Shown here one piece after another: positions 29,011 to 39,495 of a DNA stretch of 64,000 bases. The stretch's first letter is position 1. Each line of letters begins with the position of its first letter. The DNA comes from Polyangiaceae bacterium. Its GTDB lineage: Bacteria > Myxococcota_A > Polyangia > Polyangiales > Polyangiaceae. The stretch covers positions 160,001-224,000 of the forward strand of contig CBDCTZ010000011.1 of the NCBI GenBank assembly GCA_965222375.1, given 5' to 3'. A model generated the notes under the pieces. It was not told the DNA's origin. It was given only the letters and a program-made list of their open reading frames with translations, and ran no database searches. Both the position numbers and the translations under genes were made by a program.

Positions 29011-29979
29011 ATGCGGGCGTCGGCTACACTGCATCGCTTGATGGGCGCGGCGGCAGCACGACGGTTCGGCTCGGTGTGGAAGGTCGCGCTGACGCTCCTG
29101 GTCGTTCTGTCGCTACCTCGCTGTGGCCTTGATACGGAGGGTGGTGCTGCGCCCGGGACCCTCGACGCAAGCGTGGGCGGTCTTGCCGATGTGAGCGTCA
29201 CGACGGGTGGTACAGGTGGAGCCTTCCTAGACTCCGGTGCGGAGGTTGCCACCGGCGGCGTGGCGGGCGCGGCGGGAGCGGGTGGATCGGCAGGTCTGGC
29301 AGGCACTGGCGGTTCCGTGGACGCCGGAGGTGGCGCGGGGACCGGCGCGGCAGCAGGTGCTGGGGGTACCGGCGGTGCCAGTTGCACCGCCGTTGGCGCC
29401 ACCTGTACCAAGGACGGCGCGTGCTGCACCGGCTGGTGTGGCCCGGGAGTGCCCGTCAACGGACTGAACTGCAACATCTACAGCAAGTGCGCCGAGTGCC
29501 GAAACAACGCGGACTGCGCGACAGGCCGCTGCGACAAGTGCAGGTGCGAACCTCTGCTTGCAACAGGGGGAAGCTGCGACGAAGACGACGATTGTCAGAG
29601 CGGCGAATGTGGCCCCGGAGTCGGAAATGACCACCTGGACTGCAACACCTACAACAAATGCGCTGAGTGTCGTGACGATGGAGAGTGCAACCCAGGACGC
29701 TGCGATAGCTGCAAGTGCGAGCCCCTCCTGGGTACTGGCGCCAGCTGCAACGAGAAGAGTGATTGCGCGAGCGACCTGTGCGGGCCTGAGGTAGGCGATG
29801 ACCCCTTTGACTGCAACACCTACAACAAGTGCGCGGAATGTGTCAGCGATGGCGACTGTTTCACCGGGCGCTGCGACGCTTGTGGCTGCGTTCCCCAACT
29901 TGGGCTCAACGCGTCCTGCAATGAGGACAGCGACTGCCTGACCGACGACTGTAAGGCGGCCAAGTGCACGAAACCGTGA
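29011..29979 (+). CDS. Cys-rich repeat lipoprotein
   Basis: Signal/lipobox, Gly linker, three ~57 aa repeats CGP..CNxYxKCAEC..C..GRCDxCxC.P.L..GxSC.E..DC. Confidence 0.8.
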   Translation: MRASATLHRLMGAAAARRFGSVWKVALTLLVVLSLPRCGLDTEGGAAPGTLDASVGGLADVSVTTGGTGGAFLDSGAEVATGGVAGAAGAGGSAGLAGTGGSVDAGGGAGTGAAAGAGGTGGASCTAVGATCTKDGACCTGWCGPGVPVNGLNCNIYSKCAECRNNADCATGRCDKCRCEPLLATGGSCDEDDDCQSGECGPGVGNDHLDCNTYNKCAECRDDGECNPGRCDSCKCEPLLGTGASCNEKSDCASDLCGPEVGDDPFDCNTYNKCAECVSDGDCFTGRCDACGCVPQLGLNASCNEDSDCLTDDCKAAKCTKP

Positions 29980-30153
29980 AGTTTTTCAGGTCGAATCGGT
30001 GACTGTTCCTTCGCCCCGAGCTCTGCGATGCTCCGGGCTATGGCCGGCACTCCAAGAGCGATGACGCACGGAACTGTGCGCGAGGGGGTCGCGCGACCAC
30101 TTCAGCCAACTGCTTGGCGGCCACGGCGAACCACTGATGGATGAGGAAAGAGC

Positions 30154-30600
30154 ATGCTTCTTGGACACCCTGGCGTGGGTCTACGACGCCTCCTGAATCG
30201 GTACTGGCTGTTTGGAGGGCTCGGAGCTCTCGTTTGCGTCGCTTTGATCAGCACCCTTTCGTTGGCCCGCAAACCGCTTCAGAGAGGCGACGACGGCGGC
30301 CCAATATTTCCTCCTGAGGGGTTCGCCGGTGGTGCCGCCTCCGCTCAGGCGGCGTCCGCGGATAGCGGACGCATCGCTATCGACGCTGGGAGCGTGAAAG
30401 AACAGATCTCTCGGGTGGATGACAAGCGCAAGGAGCTCGAGCAGGTTACCCAAGAGCTGGACGCTGAGCGCAAGAAACTCGAAGAGCAACTGCAGACCCA
30501 GCGTGGGCGAGAATCCTCGGTGCAGCTCCTGGCTGCCATCGGGCTTGTGCTGGCGCTGGGCGCCGGGGTCTGGTTCTGGATGCGACGCAAGCGGGAGTGA
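30154..30600 (+). CDS. Hypothetical coiled-coil membrane protein
   Basis: N- and C-terminal TM segments, central coiled coil, basic tail RRKRE. Confidence 0.65.
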   Translation: MLLGHPGVGLRRLLNRYWLFGGLGALVCVALISTLSLARKPLQRGDDGGPIFPPEGFAGGAASAQAASADSGRIAIDAGSVKEQISRVDDKRKELEQVTQELDAERKKLEEQLQTQRGRESSVQLLAAIGLVLALGAGVWFWMRRKRE

Positions 30601-30632
30601 GTCGCGAGAGCCGCTGCTGGCGTACCTGCCGC

Positions 30633-32948
30633 CTACTCCGCGGCTCGCTCGCGCGTCTCGTTAGAGCCGCGCATTGCTTCTATTGCAAAAAACACGGCCT
30701 CCGGCGTCGCTGGTGACGCCAGCTTCACCCGGCCTCCGTGACCAAAGGCCGCGACCGCGTCGCGCAATGCCTCCCGCACACTGATCGCTAGCATGAAGGG
30801 TGGCTCTCCCACGGCTTTGCTGCCGTAGACGACGCTCGGCTCTTCCGCGCGCTCCAGAAGCTGCACGTGAAACTCTTCCGGGCACTCGCCTAGGCCAGGA
30901 AGCTTGTAGGTAGAGAGCCCTCGTGTGGCGAAGCGCCCGTCGTCGTCCCAAACCAATTCCTCGAGTGTGAGCCAACCGACGCCCTGAATGAAGCCGCCTT
31001 CAATCTGTCCGCGGTCTACAAGCGGGGAAAGGGAGTTGCCCACGTCGTGCAAGATGTCCACTCGCTCGAGGGAGTAGGCGCCCGTGAAGCCATCAACGAC
31101 TACCTCGCTCACCGCTGCACCGTAAGCATAGTAATGAAAGGGCTTGCCGCGGCCGCTGGCCTTGTCGAAGTGCACGTCTGGAGTGCGGTAGTAGCCGGAT
31201 GCGAATAGCGGAACCCGAGCGAAATAGGCGCGTTTGCAGACGTCCGCGAAGGACAGATTCCCCTCGCCGGTGCCGCGTCGAAACACCCGACCATCCTCGA
31301 AGGCGACGTCAGCGGGGTCGCAGCCTAGTTCCGTCGCCGCGATACCCGCTAGCGTGTCGCGGATCGTCTCGCACGCCTGTTTGACCGCCGCGCCATTGAG
31401 GTCCGAGCCACTCGATGCAGCCGTCGCCGACGTATTGGGTATCTTGTCCGTGCGGGTTGGCATGAGGCGCACGCTGGACCTGGGGACTCCCAGGGCATGC
31501 GCAGCTATCTGCATCATCTTTGTATGCAGGCCTTGGCCCATCTCGGTGCCGCCGTGATTGACCTGCACGCTGCCGTCTTTGTAGACCAGAACGAGGGCCC
31601 CGGCTTGGTTGTAGAACGTTGCCGTGAATGAAATTCCAAACTTCACCGGCGTGATGGCTATGCCGCGTTTCGTCTCCGAATGAGCGGCATTGAACTCAGT
31701 GATCTGTTTTCTTCGCTCGGCGAGCCGTGCCGAGGTTGCCAGGCTCGTCCAAGTCCGGTCCAGGCGCTCGGCGTCCCGAACCGTCTCGCCATAGTGAGTC
31801 TGGTCGCCTTCCTTGTAGAGGTTACGCTGCCGCACTTCTTCGGGCGCCAGTTCCAGTTGTCGTGCAATCCGGTCCATGACTTCCTCGATCACGACCATGC
31901 CTTGGGGCCCACCGAAGCCGCGGAATGCCGTGTGGCTCGTGTGATTCGTCTTGATGCCGCGCCCCAGCACTTCCACAGCGTCCAAGTGGTATGCGTTGTC
32001 GACGTGGAACATCGCCCGATAGACAATGGGTTCCGTCAAATCTAGGCACCAGCCGCCGTCCGCATAGAGCTCGAACTTGGCGCCGATGACTCGACCCTCA
32101 TCGTCAAAGCCAACCTGGTAGCGACCTAGAAAAGGGTGGCGCTTGCCCGTGAGGGTCATATCCCGCTGACGATCGAGGCGGAGCCGCACGGGCCGTCCGG
32201 TCTTTTTCGCAGCCAGGGCCGCGACCGCGGCCCAGGTGTTGGCTTGCACCTCCTTGCCGCCAAACGCACCGCCCATGCGTAGCATCTGCACGGTGACTTC
32301 GTTCTTCGGCAGGCCGACGACCCGCGCCACGATCTCCTGAGTCTCCGACGGGTGTTGGGTGGACGAATGCACCAGCAAGTGCCCGGACTCATCGACTAGA
32401 GCCAGCGCAGCTTGCCCCTCCAGATACACGTGCTCTTGCCCCCCGATGAACAGCTCGCCCTGCAGCTGGTGGGGCGCTGCGGATATGGCCGAATCCGGGT
32501 CGCCACGCTTGATACGCAGCAAGTCGGTCAAGTAGCTTTCTTCGCTCAGGCCCTGCTCGATGCTCAGAATGGCTGGCAGTTCGTCGACGTCCACTTTCAC
32601 CAGGCCAGCGGCACGTCGGGCGATCGGTTCGGTCTCGGCAACTACCCAGGCGACCGGGTGACCATGGAACATGACTTCGTTTGGGAACAGGGGCTCATCG
32701 GGTCGAGAGGGCCCCAACTCGTTCTTCCCGCTGACGTCCGCCGAGGTCAGCACCTCCACCACACCTTCCAGGGCGAGGGCAGCGCGCAGTTCGAGCCCGC
32801 GCAGCCGTGCATGGGCCTTTTCGACGCAGACGGGCCAGCAATGCAGCAAGTCGGGGTAACGAGTGGCGAGATCGTCGGTGTACAGCGCGCCACCAGTCAC
32901 ATGGCCTTCGGCGCTCTCGTGAGAAATGGCACTACCCAGCGTTTTCAC
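30633..32948 (-). CDS. xdhB: Xanthine dehydrogenase molybdopterin-binding subunit
   Basis: GGQEHVYLE, SSTQHP, RMGGAFGGKE, TAFRGFGGPQG, GGTEMGQGLHTK, SKAVGEPP. Confidence 0.95.
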   Translation of the reverse strand: MKTLGSAISHESAEGHVTGGALYTDDLATRYPDLLHCWPVCVEKAHARLRGLELRAALALEGVVEVLTSADVSGKNELGPSRPDEPLFPNEVMFHGHPVAWVVAETEPIARRAAGLVKVDVDELPAILSIEQGLSEESYLTDLLRIKRGDPDSAISAAPHQLQGELFIGGQEHVYLEGQAALALVDESGHLLVHSSTQHPSETQEIVARVVGLPKNEVTVQMLRMGGAFGGKEVQANTWAAVAALAAKKTGRPVRLRLDRQRDMTLTGKRHPFLGRYQVGFDDEGRVIGAKFELYADGGWCLDLTEPIVYRAMFHVDNAYHLDAVEVLGRGIKTNHTSHTAFRGFGGPQGMVVIEEVMDRIARQLELAPEEVRQRNLYKEGDQTHYGETVRDAERLDRTWTSLATSARLAERRKQITEFNAAHSETKRGIAITPVKFGISFTATFYNQAGALVLVYKDGSVQVNHGGTEMGQGLHTKMMQIAAHALGVPRSSVRLMPTRTDKIPNTSATAASSGSDLNGAAVKQACETIRDTLAGIAATELGCDPADVAFEDGRVFRRGTGEGNLSFADVCKRAYFARVPLFASGYYRTPDVHFDKASGRGKPFHYYAYGAAVSEVVVDGFTGAYSLERVDILHDVGNSLSPLVDRGQIEGGFIQGVGWLTLEELVWDDDGRFATRGLSTYKLPGLGECPEEFHVQLLERAEEPSVVYGSKAVGEPPFMLAISVREALRDAVAAFGHGGRVKLASPATPEAVFFAIEAMRGSNETRERAAE

Positions 32949-33104
32949 GGGTCAGAGGTTACCACCGTCGCAGCGGAGGAAAGGCGCGAGTGGCCCGAAT
33001 CGGGCGCTGCCCGATAACAAAACCTCCGGGATTTCTCGGATCGGGCCCCGGCATCAATGGCCTCGAGCTTGCACACCCCTTCGAAACGCTGTAGGCCGCG
33101 CGGC

Positions 33105-35147
33105 ATGAAACTGCGGGGAATGGGCGGATTGACGTTCTGCGGCAGCGTGATGGGTGCGCTTTTCTTCGCCAGCGCGTGCGGCTCGGCTGGCTCCGGTGGT
33201 GGCAACGGCGGTAGCGCAGGCATGGCCGGTGGCGATGCAGGCGGAGCCGGTGGCGATGCGGGTGGAACGGGCGGCGCTGGAAGCGGGTGTGAGGATTGTC
33301 CCGAGCCGGTCTGCAATGCCGGAACACGCTGGGCAGCGGGCACCTCGGCGTTCGCGGACCGCACCGACGAGTGGGGCCTCACCGGGGTCTTGGGGCAGCG
33401 CATCTACGTTGCCGACATCGATGGAGACGGCTTCCCAGATCTCATTGCTCGTAGCGGTGCAGTTGCTTCCGACGACTTCGCCGTAGGCGGCAAGCGCAGC
33501 AGCTTTGTCATGCGCAACACCGGCAGCAAAGGATTCACGGACGAAACCCAAAGCTCCGGTTTGCTCGCAATGCGCACTGACACCAGCGGCACCAAGGGGC
33601 GGCCGGGTCAAGTCATGGCATTTGCCGACGTGGACAACGACGGTGACCTAGATGCGTTCACGGGTCTGAACACCTCGGACCCGGCCAAGTCCCTGGGCGA
33701 ATCCAGCGAGCTGATGCTCAACGACGGCAGCGGAAAGTTCAGCTTCGGTCCAGATGCGAGCCAAGCCCGCTCGGCGGGACAAACCGCAAACCCCGCCGGA
33801 GTCACCTTCGTAGACTACGATCGCGACGGGCTACTCGACTTGTGGATTCCGCAAAACAGCTACGGGTTCGGTGGCATCGGTTCCTCTCCGCAGCAAGACC
33901 GTCTCTACCGTGGCGATGGGCAAGGTGGATTCAGCCTCGTGACGGACCAGGTGGGGCTGACCACCACGCCCTTCGGCGGTTCAATTCCCGACCTGAACGA
34001 GGCGCGTTCCCATTCCAACGCCTGGTCGAGTCTCGCCTGTGACTTGAACGGCGATGGCAATCCCGAATTGTTGGCGGCTTCCTACGGCCGTGCGCCGAAC
34101 CACCTCTGGGTCGGCAACGGAACTGGCTTCGTCAATCACTCGGTGGCATCGGGCTACGCCTTCGACGAAAACCAAGACTGGAAGGACAATCAGTTCGCCC
34201 GCTGCTACTGCCAGGCCAACCCCACCGCCGAAGATTGCGCGGGGGTTGCCGCTCCACAGATCACGTGCTCACAACCCAATTGGAATCACAGCACGGGTCG
34301 CGAGCCGTTTCGCTTGGGAGGCAACAGCGCCAGCACCTTCTGCGCCGACATCGACAATGATGGCGACATGGACCTGCTGACTGGCGAAATCCGCCATTGG
34401 TGGGCGGGCGCTGGCTCCGACGGGGGCGAACTCTTGGTCAACACCGGCGAGGCAGATCTGCGCTTCGAGCGACCCGGCGATGCCACCCTGGGCCTGGAGA
34501 TCAAGCAAAGCAGCGTCAGTTGGGACGAAGGCCATATGACCAACGCGGTCTTCGACTTCGACAACGACGGCTGGCCGGACGTCTACGTAGGTGCTTCGGA
34601 CTACCCCGGGAATCACGGGCTGCTCTACCACCAGAGCTCCAAGCTCAACTTCGTGGAAGTGCCCGTGGCGGAAGGCATAGACCACAACCGCAGCCACGGC
34701 GTCGTATTCGCGGACTTCGATCGCGACGGCGACCTCGATCTAGTCGTTGGCCACTCCCGCGCCCGGTGTGACGTGACGGCGCCGAACAACTGCTACGCTA
34801 CCGCCAACGTACGTTTCTTCGAGAACGTCATGGGTGAGCAGAGCAACTTCTTTCAACTCCGCCTGGTCGGCGGCGCGGGCTCCAACCGGTCGGCGGTTGG
34901 CGCGCGCGTGACTGTCAAGGCCGGCGACGTCACTCAAACCCAAGAGGTCGGCGGCGGCTTCGGGCATTTCGGTGCACAGAACGACATGGTCCTGCATTTT
35001 GGACTGGGCGCAGCCTGCGAAGCGGAAGTCACGGTGCGTTGGCCCAACGCGGAGCTCGCGACCCAAACCGTGAAGCTACCCGCAGGTCATCGCTTTCTGG
35101 TGACGCAGGGCGAGGCAACTCGGGTTGACCCGTTGAGCGTGAAGTAA
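33105..35147 (+). CDS. CRTAC1-like FG-GAP repeat lipoprotein with ASPIC/UnbV domain
   Basis: Multiple DxDxDGxxD Ca-binding repeats; C-terminal NRSAVGARVTV..LHFGLG..VRWP. Confidence 0.9.
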   Translation: MKLRGMGGLTFCGSVMGALFFASACGSAGSGGGNGGSAGMAGGDAGGAGGDAGGTGGAGSGCEDCPEPVCNAGTRWAAGTSAFADRTDEWGLTGVLGQRIYVADIDGDGFPDLIARSGAVASDDFAVGGKRSSFVMRNTGSKGFTDETQSSGLLAMRTDTSGTKGRPGQVMAFADVDNDGDLDAFTGLNTSDPAKSLGESSELMLNDGSGKFSFGPDASQARSAGQTANPAGVTFVDYDRDGLLDLWIPQNSYGFGGIGSSPQQDRLYRGDGQGGFSLVTDQVGLTTTPFGGSIPDLNEARSHSNAWSSLACDLNGDGNPELLAASYGRAPNHLWVGNGTGFVNHSVASGYAFDENQDWKDNQFARCYCQANPTAEDCAGVAAPQITCSQPNWNHSTGREPFRLGGNSASTFCADIDNDGDMDLLTGEIRHWWAGAGSDGGELLVNTGEADLRFERPGDATLGLEIKQSSVSWDEGHMTNAVFDFDNDGWPDVYVGASDYPGNHGLLYHQSSKLNFVEVPVAEGIDHNRSHGVVFADFDRDGDLDLVVGHSRARCDVTAPNNCYATANVRFFENVMGEQSNFFQLRLVGGAGSNRSAVGARVTVKAGDVTQTQEVGGGFGHFGAQNDMVLHFGLGAACEAEVTVRWPNAELATQTVKLPAGHRFLVTQGEATRVDPLSVK

Positions 35148-35251
35148 GGTCTTCACGCAACAAACTAGTGTAGTCAAAGGTGTGTCGACGCCAACGCTGA
35201 GGCGAGCATCCGGGTTCTACGGTACCCTAATGTTGAGGAGTAGCTTCGCGC

Positions 35252-36049
35252 ATGAGCGCAACTAGGCCAACGTCCACCGCCATCATTTTCATCGCGCTCG
35301 CCACCAACTTGGCAGCGTGCAGTCTCGAACAGTCCGGAGCGGGCGAGGGGGGCGCCAAGGACGCAGGCAATGGCGCATCCGCGGGTACTGGCGGCGTAGT
35401 CGGAACCGGTGGATTCGTCGGGAGCGGGGGCAACGCAGCGGCAGGCGGCGTCGCCGGAGCTGCTGGCAGTTTCGGAGGCACAGCCGGCCTTTCCGGCGCA
35501 CCAGGGACGGGGGGAACTCCCTCCACGGGAGGCACGCCCGCAACCGGCGGTACCCCCGCAATCGGCGGTGCCCCGACGACGGGCGGAGCCGCAGGTGCCG
35601 GCGGTGTCATCTGTTCGCCGAATCCCCCACCGGCACCGGCCTGCCCATCCAGCAAACCGCCACAATGTACCAGCTGCACGAACGGCGTATGCGTCATCGA
35701 TTGCATCGGCAAGGACAAATGCAAGGACGACAAGATCGTTTGCCCACCGGGCCTGATCTGCAACATTCGCTGCGACGGTAACGGCGCATGCGAAGGCGGC
35801 AGTATCGATTGTGGTTCGTCGCTGTTCTGTAACGTCCTGTGCAAGGAAGATCACGCGTGCAAAGACCGAACGATCACTTGCGGCTCCGGGCCTTGCCAAC
35901 TGACCTGCGACGCTCACGACAACGCCTGTGGCCAGGCGAAGGGCTTCAAATGCGGGACGGGCTACTGCGGCCTCACCTGCAATGGATACGACGGACCGCC
36001 AGGTCCCAATTGCAGTGCCAAGCCTTGCAGCGGCTGCCCCACCTGCTAA
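35252..36049 (+). CDS. Gly-rich, Cys-rich lipoprotein
   Basis: LAAC lipobox; GTGG repeats; repeated CxxxC...C motifs. Confidence 0.8.
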   Translation: MSATRPTSTAIIFIALATNLAACSLEQSGAGEGGAKDAGNGASAGTGGVVGTGGFVGSGGNAAAGGVAGAAGSFGGTAGLSGAPGTGGTPSTGGTPATGGTPAIGGAPTTGGAAGAGGVICSPNPPPAPACPSSKPPQCTSCTNGVCVIDCIGKDKCKDDKIVCPPGLICNIRCDGNGACEGGSIDCGSSLFCNVLCKEDHACKDRTITCGSGPCQLTCDAHDNACGQAKGFKCGTGYCGLTCNGYDGPPGPNCSAKPCSGCPTC

Positions 36050-36051
36050 CG

Positions 36052-36285
36052 CTACTTCGGGTCGATGGGCGCGTAGTCGGGTAGATCCGGAGGTGGGGCG
36101 GCCGTGTCGCTTTCGCCCTTCTTCTCTTTGCCGCTTGCTTTTCCGCCCGACGCCTTCTTTGCTGGCTTGCCCTCGCCTGCTTCATTGGCCGACTTGCTAC
36201 CGCCCGGCACGCTATAGCCAGGCGAGTTGCACGCGCTCGCAAAGGCGAGGCACAGGGCAGACATCAAGATCGTTGAAGGTTGCAT
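36052..36285 (-). CDS. Small hypothetical lipoprotein
   Basis: MQPSTILMSALCLAFASAC lipobox; Lys/Gly-rich tail. Confidence 0.55.
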   Translation of the reverse strand: MQPSTILMSALCLAFASACNSPGYSVPGGSKSANEAGEGKPAKKASGGKASGKEKKGESDTAAPPPDLPDYAPIDPK

Positions 36286-36486
36286 TCTGAGAAAGCTTGG
36301 CAGCAATTTCCCGCTTTGCACTGACCTTCGTCAAGGGGGAGCCGCGGGTCGCAGCCAAGAGCCCTTCTGGCCGTCTTGGATGCGAGGTCCCCGACAGCCC
36401 TGAACATCCAGAGGCCACGACTTCTTCCCGCCCTTGGGGCACGATGCGTAGTTGCAACGGCGGTCCGGCGTCACTAGGACCACGCG

Positions 36487-37296
36487 GTGACTCTCGCGCA
36501 TGCGCTCATCGGCGACCCCCACGCCCCCAGGGGTATCTTGCTGGTGCACGGCTTGCTCGCCTCGGGACGCAACCTACGCAGCTTGGCCCGGGCGTTGACC
36601 CAGCGGATGTCGGGCAGTCACGCATTGCTCGTCGACCTGCCTGGTCACGGGGGCTCGCCCGAGTTGGGCCTGAGCGATGACATCACCACGGTCCGCGGCT
36701 GCGCGGCGGCCGTCGCCAGCACGGCGAGGGAACTCGAAGTTCGTGTCGACACGGTCATCGGCCACTCTTTTGGGGGCAAGGTATCGTTGCTACTCTCGGA
36801 GCACTTGCCCGGAATCGAGAGAGTCTGGACCCTCGATACGAGTTTGGATGCCGACCCCGATTGGCGCAATCGCAGTGACGTGGCCTCGGTGATTGCCGCG
36901 CTTCGGTCCGTGCGCGTCCCGACGCCCGAGCGCAAGGACGTTGCCGATCAGTTGACCACGGCCGGGCTGTCGAGACGCATCGCCGACTGGATGACGACCA
37001 ATTTGCAACGTACTCGAGACGGCTACCGGTGGGTCTTCGACCTCGACCAGATTGAGCTCTTGACCGACGACTACTTTCGGATTGATGCCGTCAATCTGCT
37101 GCAGAAACGAAAGGGTACCCCTTTCACTCATCTGCTCCGCGCCGAGAATGGTGAGCGCTGGACGCCCGAGTCTCTTGCGCGCGCGGAGGAGCTGTCCAAG
37201 GACCAAGTCGCCTTGCACGAACTCCCGGATGCAGGCCACTGGGTCCATGCGGACAACTTGCCGGGCCTCCTGGAGCTGCTCACCGCGCACCCGTGA
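36487..37296 (+). CDS. Alpha/beta fold hydrolase (YbfF/ABHD11-like)
   Basis: VHGLL, DLPGHG, GHSFGGK nucleophile elbow, DAGHWVHADN. Confidence 0.9.
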   Translation: MTLAHALIGDPHAPRGILLVHGLLASGRNLRSLARALTQRMSGSHALLVDLPGHGGSPELGLSDDITTVRGCAAAVASTARELEVRVDTVIGHSFGGKVSLLLSEHLPGIERVWTLDTSLDADPDWRNRSDVASVIAALRSVRVPTPERKDVADQLTTAGLSRRIADWMTTNLQRTRDGYRWVFDLDQIELLTDDYFRIDAVNLLQKRKGTPFTHLLRAENGERWTPESLARAEELSKDQVALHELPDAGHWVHADNLPGLLELLTAHP

Positions 37297-37462
37297 GCCC
37301 GAGCTGATCGCCTCGGCATCGTCCGAATCGCTGGCTCTAGAGGTGCCTCGCTGTCGCAATCGCCCGTGCCCATCACAATGGGGCTTGCCCGGGGTTTTTG
37401 GGGCGCCTCTTCAGTGATAAGAACTGGTCACGTGCGCCCTCGAGTAGGCGCCGGTCAATCTC

Positions 37463-39493
37463 ATGAGCGAGCCTGTCGGCTTCAAGCGAAACGTCGGCCT
37501 GTTCATGGCCGTGATGATCGGCATCGGCGCGATGATGGGCCCGGGCATCTTCGCTCTGCCCGGTGAGCTCGCCAAACTGGTTGGTCCCCTTGGCGTGGTT
37601 TCTTACCTGGTGCTGGGCTTGGCCGTCATTCCGACCGCCCTGAACTACAGTGAGCTCGGGGCTGCAATCCCGGTTGCTGGCGGGGGTTATTCGTTCGTGA
37701 GCCGGACGCTGCCGAAGACCGTCGCCTTTCTCACCGGCTGGTTCTTCTGGATTGGCAACGTTCTGGCGTGTTCGATGTACGCGCTGATCTTCGCACTGAC
37801 TGTTCAGCAGTACTTCTGGCCCGGCGCAACCGTGCCGATGGTCGCTATCTCGGTCACCGCCCTATTCACCGTGTTGAATGTCCGCGGGATGCAACAGTCT
37901 CTGAAGGTGATTGCGGTGATGAACTTCGTCGAACTCGGCGTGCTCATGGCTTTCGCCGCACTCGGAGCCTTCAAGGTGGAGGCGGCGAATCTCGAGCCGC
38001 TGGCGCCGATGGGTTTCGGCCCGTTCCTTCCAAGCATCGCTCTGATCTACGTGTCCTACGTTGGCTTCGATCTGATCACGGTCGCCGCCGAGGAGATCGT
38101 CGAGCCGGGCAAGACTATTCCCCGGGCGATCATGATCACGCTCTTCGTCGGGATGGCAATCTACCTGACCGTGGTGTTCGTGATGATGGGCGCTGTGCAC
38201 TACACGGATCTCGGTGCCAGCGAAGTGCCGTTCATCTTTGCCGCGGATACGCTTTTTGGGGGCTGGGGGCGCGCGGCCGGAATCGTTGCCACAGTGATGG
38301 CGAGCCTGTCTGCCTTCAGTGTCACCCTCGGCGCTAGCGCCCGCATTCTCTATGCCTTGTCGCGCGACGGGCACCTCCCACGGCCGCTGTCGACGTTGCA
38401 CAAGAAGTACCAGACGCCTCACATTGCACTCGGGCTGTGTGCGTTGGTCGTCGTGATCTTCAGCAGCTCCGGGATCATCCGTCTGGTCGCATCGATTAGC
38501 GCGTTCGGCTACCTGACCGGACAGGGCATCGTCAACTACTCGGTGATCGCGTTGCGCCGCCGCATGCCTGCGCTGCGGCGGCCGTTCAGCGTGGGTTGGT
38601 TTCCATGGCTGGCGATCATCGGCATCGTTTCTTGCTGGGCTTTTGTTCCAGCACTCGAGCTCCGGTCCTTTGCTCTGGGTGGCGCACTTACCATCATCGG
38701 CGCAGCGATCTACTTGATTCGACCCGCCAACCGCGCTGAGGTGCGCAAAGCGGGCAAGAACGTCTCACGGCTTTTGTGGTTGCTTCTGCAAAGAAGGAAG
38801 GCGCGTATGCGGGTACTCATTATTGGTGGCGGCAGGCAAGGCTCGAACATCGCGGACCGGCTGCTCGCCAGTGACGAACATCGGCTCATGTTCCGCTCCC
38901 ACGAGCACCAGATCACCTTCATTGAGAAGAGCGAAAGCGTCTGCAAGGAGCTGGAGCACCGTTACGGCGTACCGATTTTCCACGGTGACGGCACCAGAAA
39001 GGAGATCCTCGAGCAGGTGGGCCTCGAAAATGTCGACGTCACCATCGCCGCATCCGATGACGACGGGAACAACGTGATCGCCGCCCTGCAAGCCAAACGG
39101 CTCGGTCTCAAACAGGTGATCGCGATCGTGCGGGAGCCGGACTACGGCACCCTGCTCGAGGAAAACGACATCGTCGCGATCAGTGCCCCTTGGGCCACCG
39201 CTGCCCTGGTCGAAAACTATTTGGACCGGCCGGGAGTCGCAGAGCTGTTCGAAATCGGCACGGGCATTGCGAACTTGGTTGGCGTGATCTTGCCCAAGGC
39301 AGCGAAGGTGGCGGGAAAGGCGATCAGCGAAATCGACATTCCGGCGGAGTGCGTCGTCGCTGCGGTGATTCGCGGGAAGGAGTTCGTCGTCCCCCGGGGC
39401 CACACGCAAGTGCAGGCGGGCGACCATGTCGTCTTCGTCGGTCCTGCGGCCGCGGTCAAAGCCGCTCAGGACCTGTTCATGGTCGAAGGGTAG
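37463..39493 (+). CDS. APC-family amino acid permease fused to TrkA-like (RCK_N + RCK_C) domains
   Basis: GAMMGPGIF, ELGAAIPVAGGGY, GFDLI..AEE, LSRDG; then MRVLIIGGGRQG..GDGT..AVIRG..VPRGHT. Confidence 0.9.
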   Translation: MSEPVGFKRNVGLFMAVMIGIGAMMGPGIFALPGELAKLVGPLGVVSYLVLGLAVIPTALNYSELGAAIPVAGGGYSFVSRTLPKTVAFLTGWFFWIGNVLACSMYALIFALTVQQYFWPGATVPMVAISVTALFTVLNVRGMQQSLKVIAVMNFVELGVLMAFAALGAFKVEAANLEPLAPMGFGPFLPSIALIYVSYVGFDLITVAAEEIVEPGKTIPRAIMITLFVGMAIYLTVVFVMMGAVHYTDLGASEVPFIFAADTLFGGWGRAAGIVATVMASLSAFSVTLGASARILYALSRDGHLPRPLSTLHKKYQTPHIALGLCALVVVIFSSSGIIRLVASISAFGYLTGQGIVNYSVIALRRRMPALRRPFSVGWFPWLAIIGIVSCWAFVPALELRSFALGGALTIIGAAIYLIRPANRAEVRKAGKNVSRLLWLLLQRRKARMRVLIIGGGRQGSNIADRLLASDEHRLMFRSHEHQITFIEKSESVCKELEHRYGVPIFHGDGTRKEILEQVGLENVDVTIAASDDDGNNVIAALQAKRLGLKQVIAIVREPDYGTLLEENDIVAISAPWATAALVENYLDRPGVAELFEIGTGIANLVGVILPKAAKVAGKAISEIDIPAECVVAAVIRGKEFVVPRGHTQVQAGDHVVFVGPAAAVKAAQDLFMVEG

Positions 39494-39495
39494 GG

